A DNA stretch of 64,000 nt from assembly GCF_963921235.1 (NCBI RefSeq), contig NC_086097.1, positions 66,032,001 through 66,096,000 of the forward strand. The letters run 5' to 3'. Shown here in pieces: positions 49,101-61,100 of the stretch (position 1 is the first letter of the stretch; every line of letters begins with the position of its first letter). The notes under the pieces were generated by a model, which worked only from the letters and a program-made list of their open reading frames with translations, had not been told where the DNA came from and made no database searches. The DNA is from Mobula hypostoma (Eukaryota). A program made the position numbers and the translations under genes.

Positions 49101-52100
49101 GCGAGGCTGGAGACTGGTGGCGAGGCGAGACTGGAGACTTGAGACTGGAGGCGAGGCTGGAGAATACGGGCGGGGCGAGACTGGAGGCGAGGCTGGAGAC
49201 TAGGGGCGAGGCGAGTCTGGGGGCTGGAGACCAGGGGTGAGGCGGGGCTGGAGGCTGGAGACCAGGGGCGAGGCAAGGCTGGAGACTAGCGGCGAGGCTG
49301 GAGGCTGCAGACTAGAGGCAATGCGAGGCTGTAGGCTGGAGACTAGGGGCGGGGCGAGGCTGGAGGGTGGAGTCTTGGGGCAGGGCGAGGCTGGAGACTT
49401 GATGCGAGGCTGGCGGCTGGAGACTAGGGGCGGGATGAGGCTGGAGGCTGGAGATTAGAGGCGAGGCAAGGCTGGAGACTAGAGACGAGGCTGGAGGCTG
49501 CAGACGAGAGGCAATGTGAGGCTGGAGGGTGGAAACTAGGGGCGGGGCTCGGGGCTGGAGACTGGGGGCGGGGCAAGGCTGGAGACTAGGGGCGAGGCGA
49601 GGCTGGAGACTGGGGGCGAGGCTGAAGACTGGGGGCGAGGCTGGAGACTAGAGGCGAGGCTGGAGACTGGGGCGGGTCAAGGCTGGAGACTAGAGCCGAG
49701 GCTGGAGGCTGGAGGCTGCAGACTAGAGGCAATGCGAGACTGGGGGCGAGGCTGGAGACTGGGGGCGAGGCGAGGCTGGAGGCTGGACATTAGGAGCGAG
49801 GCGAGGCTGCAGGCTAGAGGCGAGACTGGAGGCTGGAGACTGAGGGCGGGGCAAGGCTGGAGACTAGGGGCGAGGCGAGGCTGGAGACTGGGGGCGAGGC
49901 TGAAGACTGGGGGCGAGGCTGGAGACTAGGGGCGAGGCTGGAGGCTGGAGACCAGGGGCGGGGCGAGGCGAGGCTGGAGGTTGGAGACCAGGGGTGAGGC
50001 GGGGCTGGAGGTTGGAGACTAGGGGCGGGGCGAGGCTGGAGACTGGGGGCGAGGCTGGAGGCTGGAGACTGGAGGCGAGGCTGGAGACTAGGGGCGAGGC
50101 GAGGCTGGGGGCTGGAGACCAGGGGCGAGGCGGGGCTGGAGGCTGGAGAGCAGGGGCGAGGCTGGAGGCTGCAGACTAGAGGCAACGTGAGGCTGTAGGC
50201 TGGAGACTAGGGGCAGGGCAAGGCTGGAGACTTGATGCAAGGCTGGCGGCTGGAGACTAGGGGCGGGGCGAGGCTGGAGGCTGCAGACGAGAGGCAATGT
50301 GAGGCTGGAGGCTGGAAACTAGGGGCGGGGCTCGGGGCTGGAGACTGGGGTCGAGGCGAGGCTGGAGACTGGGGGCGAGGCTGGAGACTAGGGGCGAGGC
50401 GAGGCTGGAGACTGGGGGCGAGGCTGGAGGCTAGAGACTAGGGGCGAGGTTGGAGACTAGGGGCGTGAACAGGCTGTAGGCTGGAGATAAGGGGCGAGGC
50501 GAGGCTGCAAGCTGGAGACTAGTGGCGAGGCGAGGCTGGAGACTAGATGTGAGGCTGGAGGCTGGAGTCTAGGGGCGAGCTGAGGCAGGAGACTAGGGGC
50601 GAGGCTGGAGACTAGAGGCGAGGCTGGAGGCTGGAGACTAGGGGCGAGGCTGGAGGCTGGAGACTAGGGGCGAGGCAACGCTGGAGACCAGGGGCGAGGC
50701 TGGAGACTAGAGGCGAGGCTGGAGATGAGAGGCAATGTGAGATTGGAGGTTGGAGATTAGGGGCGAGGCGAGGCTGCAGGCTGGAGACGAGAGGCGAGGC
50801 GAGGCTGGAGACAAGGGGCAGGGCGAGGCTGGAGGCTGGAGACCAGGGGCGAGGCGAGGCTGGAGGCTGGAGACCAGGGGCGGGGCGAGGCGAGGCTGGA
50901 GGTTGGAGACCAGGGGTGAGGCGGGGCTGGAGGTTGGAGACTAGGGGCGGGGCGAGGCTGGAGGCTGGAGACTGGGGGCGAGGCTGGAGGCTGGAGACTG
51001 GAGGCGAGGCTGGAGACTAGGGGCGAGGCCAGGCTGGGGGCTGGAGACCAGGGGCGAGGCGGGGCTGGAGGCTGGAGAGCAGGGGCGAGGCTGGAGGATG
51101 CAGACCAGAGGCAACGTGAGGCTGTAGGGTGGAGACTAGGGGCAGGGCGAGGCTGGAGGGTGGATTCTAGGGGCAGGGCGAGGCTGGAGACTTGATGCGA
51201 GGCTGGCGGCTGGAGACTAGGGGCGGGGCTCGGGGCTGGAGACTGGGGGCGGGGCAAGGCTGGAGACTAGGGGCGAGGCGAGGCTGGAGACTGGGGGCGA
51301 GGCTGAAGACTGGGGGCGAGGCTGGAGACTAGAGGCGAGGCTGGAGACGAGGGGCGTGAACAGGCTGCAGGTTGGAGATTAGGGGCGAGGCGAGGCTGCA
51401 GGCTGGAGACTAGTGGCGAGGCGAGGCTGGAGACTAGAGGCGAGGCTGGAGGCTGGAGATCAGGGGCGAGGCTGGAGGCTGGAGACCAGGGGCGAGGCTG
51501 GAGGCTGGAGACAAGGGGCGGGGCGAGGCTGGAGACAAGGGGCGGGGCGAGGCTGGAGGCTGGAGACCAGGGGCGAGGCTGGAGGCTGGAGACCAGGGGT
51601 GAGGCAAGGCTGGAGACCAGGGGCGGGGCGAGGCGATGCTGGAGGTTGGAGACCAGGGGTGAGGCGGGGCTGGAGGCTGGAGAGCAGGGGCGAGGCGAGG
51701 CTGGAACTGGGGGCGAGGCTGCAGGCTGGAGACCAGGGGCGGGGCGAGGCGGGGCTGGAGGTTGGAGACTAGGGGCGGGGCGAGGCTGGAGGCTGGAGAC
51801 TGGAGGCGAGGCTGGAGACTAGGGCCGAGGCGAGTCTGGGGGCTGGAGACCAGGGGTGAGGCGGGGCTGGAGGCTGGAGACCAGGGGCGAGGCGAGGCTG
51901 GAGACTGGGGGCGAGGCTGGAGACTGGGGGCGAGGCTGGAGGCTGGAGACTAGAGGCGAGGCTGGAGATGAGAGGCAATGTGAGATTGGAGGTTGGAGAT
52001 TAGGGGCGAGGCGAGGCTGGAGACGAGAGGCGAGGCGAGTCTGGAGACAAGGGGCAGGGCGAGGCTGGAGGCTGGAGACTAGGGGCGAGGCTGGAGGCTG

Positions 52101-55100
52101 GAGACCAGGGGCGAGGCGAGGCTGGAGGCTGGAGACCAGGGGCGGGGCGAGGCGAGGCTGGAGGTTGGAGACCAGGGGTGAGGCGGGGCTGGAGGTTGGA
52201 GACTAGGGGCGGGGCGAGGCTGGAGACTGGAGGCGAGGCTGGAGACTGGAGGCGAGGCTGGAGACTAGGGGCGAGGCGAGGCTGGGGGCTGGAGACCAGG
52301 GGCGAGGCGGGGCTGGAGGCTGGAGAGCAGGGGCGAGGCTGGAGGCTGCAGACTAGAGGCAACGTGAGGCTGTAGGCTGGAGACTAGGGGCAGGGCAAGG
52401 CTGGAGACTTGATGCAAGGCTGGCGGCTGGAGACTAGGGGCGGGGCGAGGCTGGAGGCTGCAGACGAGAGGCAATGTGAGGCTGGAGGCTGGAAACTAGG
52501 GGCGGGGCTCGGGGCTGGAGACTGGGGTCGAGGCGAGGCTGGAGACTGGGGGCGAGGCTGGAGACTAGGGGCGAGGCGAGGCTGGAGACTGGGGGCGAGG
52601 CTGGAGGCTAGAGACTAGGGGCGAGGTTGGAGACTAGGGGCGTGAACAGGCTGTAGGCTGGAGATAAGGGGCGAGGCGAGGCTGCAAGCTGGAGACTAGT
52701 GGCGAGGCGAGGCTGGAGACTAGATGTGAGGCTGGAGGCTGGAGTCTAGGGGCGAGGTGAGGCAGGAGACTAGGGGCGAGGCTGGAGGCTGGAGACTAGA
52801 GGCGAGGCTGGAGGCTGGAGACTAGGGGCGAGGCTGGAGGCTGGAGACTAGGGGCGAGGCTGGAGACTAGAGGCGAGGCTGGAGATGAGAGGCGAGGCGA
52901 GGCTGGAGACAAGGGGCAGGGCGAGGCTGGAGGCTGGTGACCAGGGGCGAGGCTGGAGGCTGGAGACCAGGGGCGAGGCGAGGCTGGAGGCTGGAGACCA
53001 GGGGCGGGGCGAGGCGAGGCTGGAGGTTGGAGACCAGGGGTGAGGCGGGGCTGGAGGTTGGAGACTAGGGGCGGGGCGAGGCTGGAGGCTGGAGACTGGG
53101 GGCGAGGCTGGAGACTAGGGGCGAGGCCAGGCTGGGGGCTGGAGACCAGGGGCGAGGCGGGGCTGGAGGCTGGAGAGCAGGGGCGAGGCTGGAGGATGCA
53201 GACCAGAGGCAACGTGAGGCTGTAGGGTGGAGACTAGGGGCAGGGCGAGGCTGGAGGGTGGATTCTAGGGGCAGGGCGAGGCTGGAGACTTGATGCGAGG
53301 CTGGCGGCTGGAGACTAGGGGCGGGGCTCGGGGCTGGAGACTGGGGGCGGGGCAAGGCTGGAGACTAGGGGCGAGGCGAGGCTGGAGACTGGGGGCGAGG
53401 CTGAAGACTGGGGGCGAGGCTGGAGACTAGAGGCGAGGCTGGAGACGAGGGGCGTGAACAGGCTGCAGGTTGGAGATTAGGGGCGAGGCGAGGCTGCAGG
53501 CTGGAGACTAGTGGCGAGGCGAGGCTGGAGACTAGAGGCGAGGCTGGAGGCTGGAGACCAGGGGCGAGGCTGGAGGCTGGAGACCAGGGGCGAGGCTGGA
53601 GGCTGGAGACCAGGGGCGAGGCTGGAGGCTGGAGACCAGGGGCGAGGCTGGAGGCTGGAGACAAGGGGCGGGGCGAGGCTGGAGACAAGGGGCGGGGCGA
53701 GGCTGGAGGCTGGAGACCAGGGGCGAGGCTGGAGGCTGGAGACCAGGGGCGAGGCAAGGCTGGAGACCAGGGGCGGGGCGAGGCGATGCTGGAGGTTGGA
53801 GACCAGGGGTGAGGCGGGGCTGGAGGCTGGAGAGCAGGGGCGAGGCGAGGCTGGAACTGGGGGCGAGGCTGCAGGCTGGAGACCAGGGGCGGGGCGAGGC
53901 GGGGCTGGAGGTTGGAGACTAGGGGCGGGGCGAGGCTGGAGGCTGGAGACTGGAGGCGAGGCTGGAGACTAGGGCCGAGGCGAGTCTGGGGGCTGGAGAC
54001 CAGGGGTGAGGCGGGGCTGGAGGCTGGAGACCAGGGGCGAGGCGAGGCTGGAGACTGGGGGCGAGGCTGGAGACTGGGGGCGAGGCTGGAGGCTGGAGAC
54101 TAGAGGCGAGGCTGGAGATGAGAGGCAATGTGAGATTGGAGGTTGGAGATTAGGGGCGAGGCGAGGCTGCAGGCTGGAGACTAGTGGCGAGGCGAGGCTG
54201 GAGACGAGAGGCGAGGCGAGTCTGGAGACAAGGGGCAGGGCGAGGCTGGAGGCTGGAGACCAGGGGCGAGGCTGGAGGCTGGAGACCAGGGGCGAGGCGA
54301 GGCTGGAGGCTGGAGACCAGGGGCGGGGCGAGGCGAGGCTGGAGGTTGGAGACCAGGGGTGAGGCGGGGCTGGAGGTTGGAGACTAGGGGCGGGGCGAGG
54401 CTGGAGACTGGAGGCGAGGCTGGAGGCTGGAGACTGGAGGCGAGGCTGGAGACTAGGGGCGAGGCGAGGCTGGGGGCTGGAGACCAGGGGCGAGGCGGGG
54501 CTGGAGGCTGGAGAGCAGGGGCGAGGCTGGAGGCTGCAGACTAGAGGCAACGTGAGGCTGTAGGCTGGAGACTAGGGGCAGGGCAAGGCTGGAGACTTGA
54601 TGCAAGGCTGGCGGCTGGAGACTAGGGGCGGGGCGAGGCTGGAGGCTGCAGACGAGAGGCAATGTGAGGCTGGAGGCTGGAAACTAGGGGCGGGGCTCGG
54701 GGCTGGAGACTGGGGTCGAGGCGAGGCTGGAGACTGGGGGCGAGGCTGGAGACTAGGGGCGAGGCGAGGCTGGAGACTGGGGGCGAGGCTGGAGGCTAGA
54801 GACTAGGGGCGAGGTTGGAGGTTGGAGACTAGGGGCGTGAACAGGCTGTAGGCTGGAGATAAGGGGCGAGGCGAGGCTGCAAGCTGGAGACTAGTGGCGA
54901 GGCGAGGCTGGAGACTAGATGTGAGGCTGGAGGCTGGAGTCTAGGGGCGAGGTGAGGCAGGAGACTAGGGGCGAGGCTGGAGGCTGGAGACTAGAGGCGA
55001 GGCTGGAGGCTGGAGACTAGGGGCGAGGCTGGAGACTAGAGGCGAGGCTGGAGATGAGAGGCGAGGCGAGGCTGGAGACAAGGGGCAGGGCGAGGCTGGA

Positions 55101-58100
55101 GGCTGGAGACCAGGGGCGAGGCTGGAGGCTGGAGACCAGGGGCGAGGCGAGGCTGGAGGCTGGAGACCAGGGGCGGGGCGAGGCGGGGCTGGAGGTTGGA
55201 GACTAGGGGCGGGGCGAGGCTGGAGGCTGGAGACTGGAGGCGAGGCTGGAGACTAGGGGCGAGGCGATTCTGGGGGCTGGAGACCAGGGGCGAGGCGGGG
55301 CTGGAGGCTGGAGAGCAGGGGCGAGGCTGGAGGATGCAGACCAGAGGCAACGTGAGGCTGTAGGGTGGAGACTAGGGGCAGGGCGAGGCTGGAGGGTGGA
55401 TTCTAGGGGCAGGGCGAGGCTGGAGACTTGATGCGAGGCTGGCGGCTGGAGACTAGGGGCGGGGCGAGGCTGGAGATTAGAGGCGAGGCAAGGCTGGAGA
55501 CTAGAGACGAGGCTGGAGGCTGCAGACGAGAGGCAATGTGAGGCTGGAGGCTGGAAACTAGGGGCGGGGCTCGGGGCTGGAGACTGGGGGCGGGGCAAGG
55601 CTGGAGACTAGGGGCGAAGCGAGGCTGGAGACTGGGGGCGAGGCTGGAGACTGGGGGCGAGGCTGGAGGCTAGAGACTAGGGGCGAGGTTGGAGACTAGG
55701 GGCGTGAACAGGCTGTAGGCTGGAGATTAGGGGCGAGGCGAGGCTGCAGGCTGGAGACTAGTGGCGAGGCGAGGCTGGAGACTAGATGCGAGGCTGGAGG
55801 CTGGAGACCAGGGGCGAGGCTGGAGGCTGGAGACAAGGGGCGAGGCTGGAGGCTGGAGACAAGGGGCGGGGCGAGGCTGGAGACAAGGGGCGGGGCGAGG
55901 CTGGAGGCTGGAGACCAGGGGCGAGGCTGGAGGCTGGAGACCAGGGGCGAGGCAAGGCTGGAGACCAGGGGCGGGGCGAGGCGATGCTGGAGGTTGGAGA
56001 CCAGGGGTGAGGCGGGGCTGGAGGCTGGAGAGCAGGGGCGAGGCGAGGCTGGAACTGGGGGCGAGGCTGCAGGCTGGAGACCAGGGGCGGGGCGAGGCGG
56101 GGCTGGAGGTTGGAGACTAGGGGCGGGGCGAGGCTGGAGGCTGGAGACTGGAGGCGAGGCTGGAGACTAGGGCCGAGGCGAGTCTGGGGGCTGGAGACCA
56201 GGGGTGAGGCGGGGCTGGAGGCTGGAGACCAGGGGCGAGGCGAGGCTGGAGACTGGGGGCGAGGCTGGAGGCTGGAGACTAGAGGCGAGGCTGGAGATGA
56301 GAGGCAATGTGAGATTGGAGGTTGGAGATTAGGGGCGAGGCGAGGCTGCAGGCTGGAGACTAGTGGCGAGGCGAGGCTGGAGACGAGAGGCGAGGCGAGG
56401 CTGGAGACAAGGGGCAGGGCGAGGCTGGAGGCTGGAGACTAGGGGCGAGGCTGGAGGCTGGAGACCAGGGGCGAGGCGAGGCTGGAGGCTGGAGACCAGG
56501 GGCGGGGCGAGGCGAGGCTGGAGGTTGGAGACCAGGGGTGAGGCGGGGCTGGAGGTTGGAGACTAGGGGCGGGGCGAGGCTGGAGGCTGGAGACTGGGGG
56601 CGAGGCTGGAGGCTGGAGACTGGAGGCGAGGCTGGAGACTAGGGGCGAGGCCAGGCTGGGGGCTGGAGACCAGGGGCGAGGCGGGGCTGGAGGCTGGAGA
56701 GCAGGGGCGAGGCTGGAGGATGCAGACCAGAGGCAACGTGAGGCTGTAGGGTGGAGACTAGGGACAGGGCGAGGCTGGAGGGTGGATTTCTAGGGGCAGG
56801 GCGAGGCTGGAGACTTGATGCGAGGCTGGCGGCTGGAGACTAGGGGCGGGGCGAGGCTGGAGATTAGAGGCGAGGCAAGGCTGGAGACTAGAGAAGAGGC
56901 TGGAGGCTGCAGACGAGAGGCAATGTGAGGCTGGAGGCTGGAAACTAGGGGCGGGGCTCGGGGCTGGAGACTGGGGGCGGTGCAAGGCTGGAGACTAGGG
57001 GCTAGGCGAGGCTGGAGACTGGGGGCGAGGCTGAAGACTGGGGGCGAGGCTGGAGACTAGAGGCGAGGCTGGAGACGAGGGGCGTGAACAGGCTGCAGGT
57101 TGGAGATTAGGGGCGAGGCGAGGCTGCAGGCTGGAGACTAGTGGCGAGGCGAGGCTGGAGACTAGAGGCGAGGCTGGAGGCTGGAGACCAGGGGCGAGGC
57201 TGGAGGCTGGAGACCAGGGGCGAGGCTGGAGGCTGGAGATAAGGGGCGGGGCGAGGCTGGAGACAAGGGGCGGGGCGAGGCTGGAGGCTGGAGACCAGGG
57301 GCGAGGCAAGGCTGGAGACCAGGGGCGGGGCGAGGCGATGCTGGAGGTTGGAGACCAGGGGTGAGGCGGGGCTGGAGGCTGGAGAGCAGGGGCGAGGCGA
57401 GGCTGGAACTGGGGGCGAGGCTGCAGGCTGGAGACCAGGGGCGGGGCGAGGCGGGGCTGGAGGTTGGAGACTAGGGGCGGGGCGAGGCTGGAGGCTGGAG
57501 ACTGGAGGCGAGGCTGGAGACTAGGGCCGAGGCGAGTCTGGGGGCTGGAGACCAGGGGTGAGGCGGGGCTGGAGGCTGGAGACCAGGGGCGAGGCGAGGC
57601 TGGAGACTGGGGGCGAGGCTGGAGACTGGGGGCGAGGCTGGAGGCTGGAGACTAGAGGCGAGGCTGGAGACTAGGGGTGAGTTTGGAGGCTGGAGAATAG
57701 GGGCATGAACAGGCTGCAGGTTGGAGATTAGGGGCGAGGCGAGGCTGCAGGCTGGAGACTAGTGGCGAGGCGAGGCTGGAGACTGGAGGCGAGGCTGGAG
57801 GCTGGAGACTAGGGGCGGGGCGAGGCTGGAGACAAGGGGCGGGGCGAGGCTGGAGGCTGGAGACTATGGGCGAAGCGAGGCTGGAGACTATGGGCGAGGC
57901 GAGGCTTGAGACTAGGGGCGAGGCTGGAGGCTGGAGACCAGTGGCGAGGTGAGGCTGGAGGCTGGAGACCAGGGGCGGGGCGAGGCGAGGCTGGAGGTTG
58001 GAGACCAGGGGTGAGGCGGGGCTGGAGGTTGGAGACTAGGGGCGGGGCGAGGCTGGAGGCTGGAGACTGGAGGCGAGGCTGGAGACTAGGGGCGAGGCGA

Positions 58101-61100
58101 GGCTGGGGGCTGGAGACCAGGGGCGAGGCGGGGCTGGAGGCTGGAGAGCAGGGGCGAGGCTGGAGGCTGCAGACTAGAGGCAACGTGAGGCTGTAGGCTG
58201 GAGACTAGGGGCAGGGCGAGGCTGGAGGGTGGAGTCTAGGGGCAGGGCAAGGCTGGAGACTTGATGCGAGGCTGGCGGCTGGAGACTAGGGGCGAGGCTG
58301 GAGATTAGAGGCGAGGCAAGGCTGGAGACTAGAGACGAGGCTGGAGGCTGCAGACGAGAGGCAATGTGAGGCTGGAGGCTGGAAACTAGGGGCGGGGCTC
58401 GGGGCTGGAGACTGGGGGCGAGGCAAGGCTGGAGACTGGGGTCGAGGCGAGGCTGGAGACTGGGGACGAGGCTGGAGACTAGGGGCGAGGCGAGGCTGGA
58501 GACTGGGGGCGAGGCTGGAGGCTAGAGACTAGGGGCGAGGTTGGAGGTTGGAGACCAGGGGCGTGAACAGGCTGTAGGCTGGAGATTAGGGGCGAGGCGA
58601 GGCTGCAGGCTGGAGACTAGTGGCGAGGCGAGGCTGGAGACTAGATGTGAGGCTGGAGGCTGGACTCTAGGGGCGAGGTGAGGCTGGAGACTAGGGGCGA
58701 GGCTGGAGGCTGGAGACTAGAGGCGAGGCTGGAGGCTGGAGACTAGGGGCGAGGCTGGAGACTAGAGGCGAGGCTGGAGATGAGAGACAATGCGAGATTG
58801 GAGGTTGGAGATTAGGGGCGAGGCGAGGCTGCAGGCTGGAGACTAGTGGCGAGGCAAGGCTGGAGACTAGGGGCGAGGCTGGAGGCTGGAGACTAGGGGC
58901 GAGGCTAGAGGCTGGAGACTAGGGGCGAGGCTAGAGGCTGGAGACAAGGGGCGGGGCGAGGCTGGAGACAAGGGGCTGGGCGAGGCTGGAGGCTGGAGAC
59001 CAGGGGCGAGGCGAGGCTGGAGGCTGGAGACCAGGGGCGGGGCGAGGCGAGGCTGGAGGTTGGAGACCAGGGGTGAGGCGGGGCTGGAGGTTGCAGACTA
59101 GGGGCGGGGCGAGGCTGGAGGCTGGAGGCTGGAGACTGGAGGCGAGGCTGGAGACTAGGGGCGAGGCGAGTCTGGGGGCTGGAGACCAGGGGTGAGGCGG
59201 GGCTGGAGGCTGGAGACCAGGGGCGAGGCGAGGCTGGAGACTGGAGGTGAGGCTGTAGGCTGGAGACTAGGCGCGGGGCGAGGCTGGAGACTAGGGGCGG
59301 GGCGAGGCTGGAGGCTGGAGACTAGGGGCGAGGCTAGAGGCTGGAGACTAGGGGCGAGGCTAGAGGCTGGAGACAAGGGGCGGGGCGAGGCTGGAGACAA
59401 GGGGCGGGGCGAGGCTGGAGGCTGGAGACTAGGGGCGAGGCTGGAGGCTGGAGACCAGGGGCGAGGCGAGGCTGGAGGCTGGAGACCAGGGGCGGGGCGA
59501 GGCGAGGCTGGAGGTTGGAGACCAGGGGTGAGGCGGGGCTGGAGGTTGGAGACTAGGGGCGGGGCGAGGCTGGAGGCTGGAGGCTGGAGACTGGAGGCGA
59601 GGCTGGAGACTAGGGGCGAGGCGAGTCTGGGGGCTGGAGACCAGGGGTGAGGCGGGGCTGGAGGCTGGAGACCAGGGGCGAGGCGAGGCTGGAGACAAGG
59701 GGCGGGGCGAGGCTGGAGGCTGGAGACTATGGGCGAAGCGAGGCTGGAGACTATGGGCGAGGCGAGGCTTGAGACTAGGGGCGAGGCTGGAGGCTGGAGA
59801 CTGGGGGCGAGGCTGGAGGCTGGAGACTGGAGGCGAGGCTGGAGACTAGGGGCGAGGCGAGGCTGGGGGCTGGAGACCAGGGGCGGGGCGAGGCGAGGCT
59901 GGAGGTTGGAGACTAGGGGCGAGGCTGGAGGCTGGAGACTGGGGGCGAGGCTGGAGGCTGGAGACTGGAGGCGAGGCTGGAGACTGGGGGCGAGGCTGGA
60001 GGCTAGAGACTAGGGGCGAGGTTGGAGACTAGGGGCGTGAACAGGCTGTAGGCTGGAGATTAGGGGCGAGGCGAGGCTGCAGGCTGGAGACTAGTGGCGA
60101 GGCGAGGCTGGAGACTAGATGTGAGGCTGGAGGCTGGAGACTAGGGGCGAGGTGAGGCTGGAGACTAGAGGCGAGGCTGGAGGCTGGAGACTAGGGGCGA
60201 GGCAACGCTGGAGACTAGGGGCGAGGCTGGAGACTAGAGGCGAGGCTGGAGATGAGAGGCAATGCGAGATTGGAGGTTGGAGATTAGGGGCGAGGCGAGG
60301 CTGCAGGCTGGAGACTAGTGGCGAGGCGAGGCTGGAGACTAGAGGCGAGGCTGGAGACTAGGGGCGAGGCTGGAGGCTGGAGACAAGGGGCGGGGCGAGG
60401 CTGGAGGCTGAAGACTAGGGGCGAGGCTGGAGGCTGGAGGCTGGAGACCAGGGGCGAGGCGAGGCTGGAGGCTGGAGACCAGGGGCGGGGCGAGGCGAGG
60501 CTGGAGGTTGGAGACCAGGTGTGAGACCGGGCTGGAGGTTGGAGACTAGGGGCGGGGCGAGGCTGGAGGCTGGAGACTGGGGGCGAGGCTGGAGGCTGGA
60601 GACTGGAGGCGAGGCTGGAGACTAGAGGCGAGGCTGGGGGCTGGAGACCAGGGGCGAGGCGGGGCTGGAGGCTGGAGAGCAGGGGTGAAGCTGGAGGCTG
60701 CGACTAGAGGCAACGTTAGGCTGTAGGCTGGAGACGAGGGGCAGGGCGAGGCTGGAGGGTGGATTCTAGGGGCAGGGCGAGGCTGGAGACTTGATGCGAG
60801 GCTGGCGGCTGGAGACTAGGGGCGGGGCGAGGCTGGAGATTAGAGGCGAGGCAAGGCTGGAGACTAGAGACGAGGCTGGAGGCTGCAGACGAGAGGCAAT
60901 GTGAGGCTGGAGGCTGGAAACTAGGGGCGGGGCTCGGGGCTGGAGACTGGGGGCGAGGCAAGGCTGGAGACTGGGGGCGAGGCTGGAGTCTAGGGGCGAG
61001 GCGAGGCTAGAGACTGGGGGCGAGGCTGGAGGCTAGAGACTAGGGGCGAGGTTGGAGGTTGGAGACTAGGAGCGTGAACAGGCTGTAGGCTGGAGATTAG

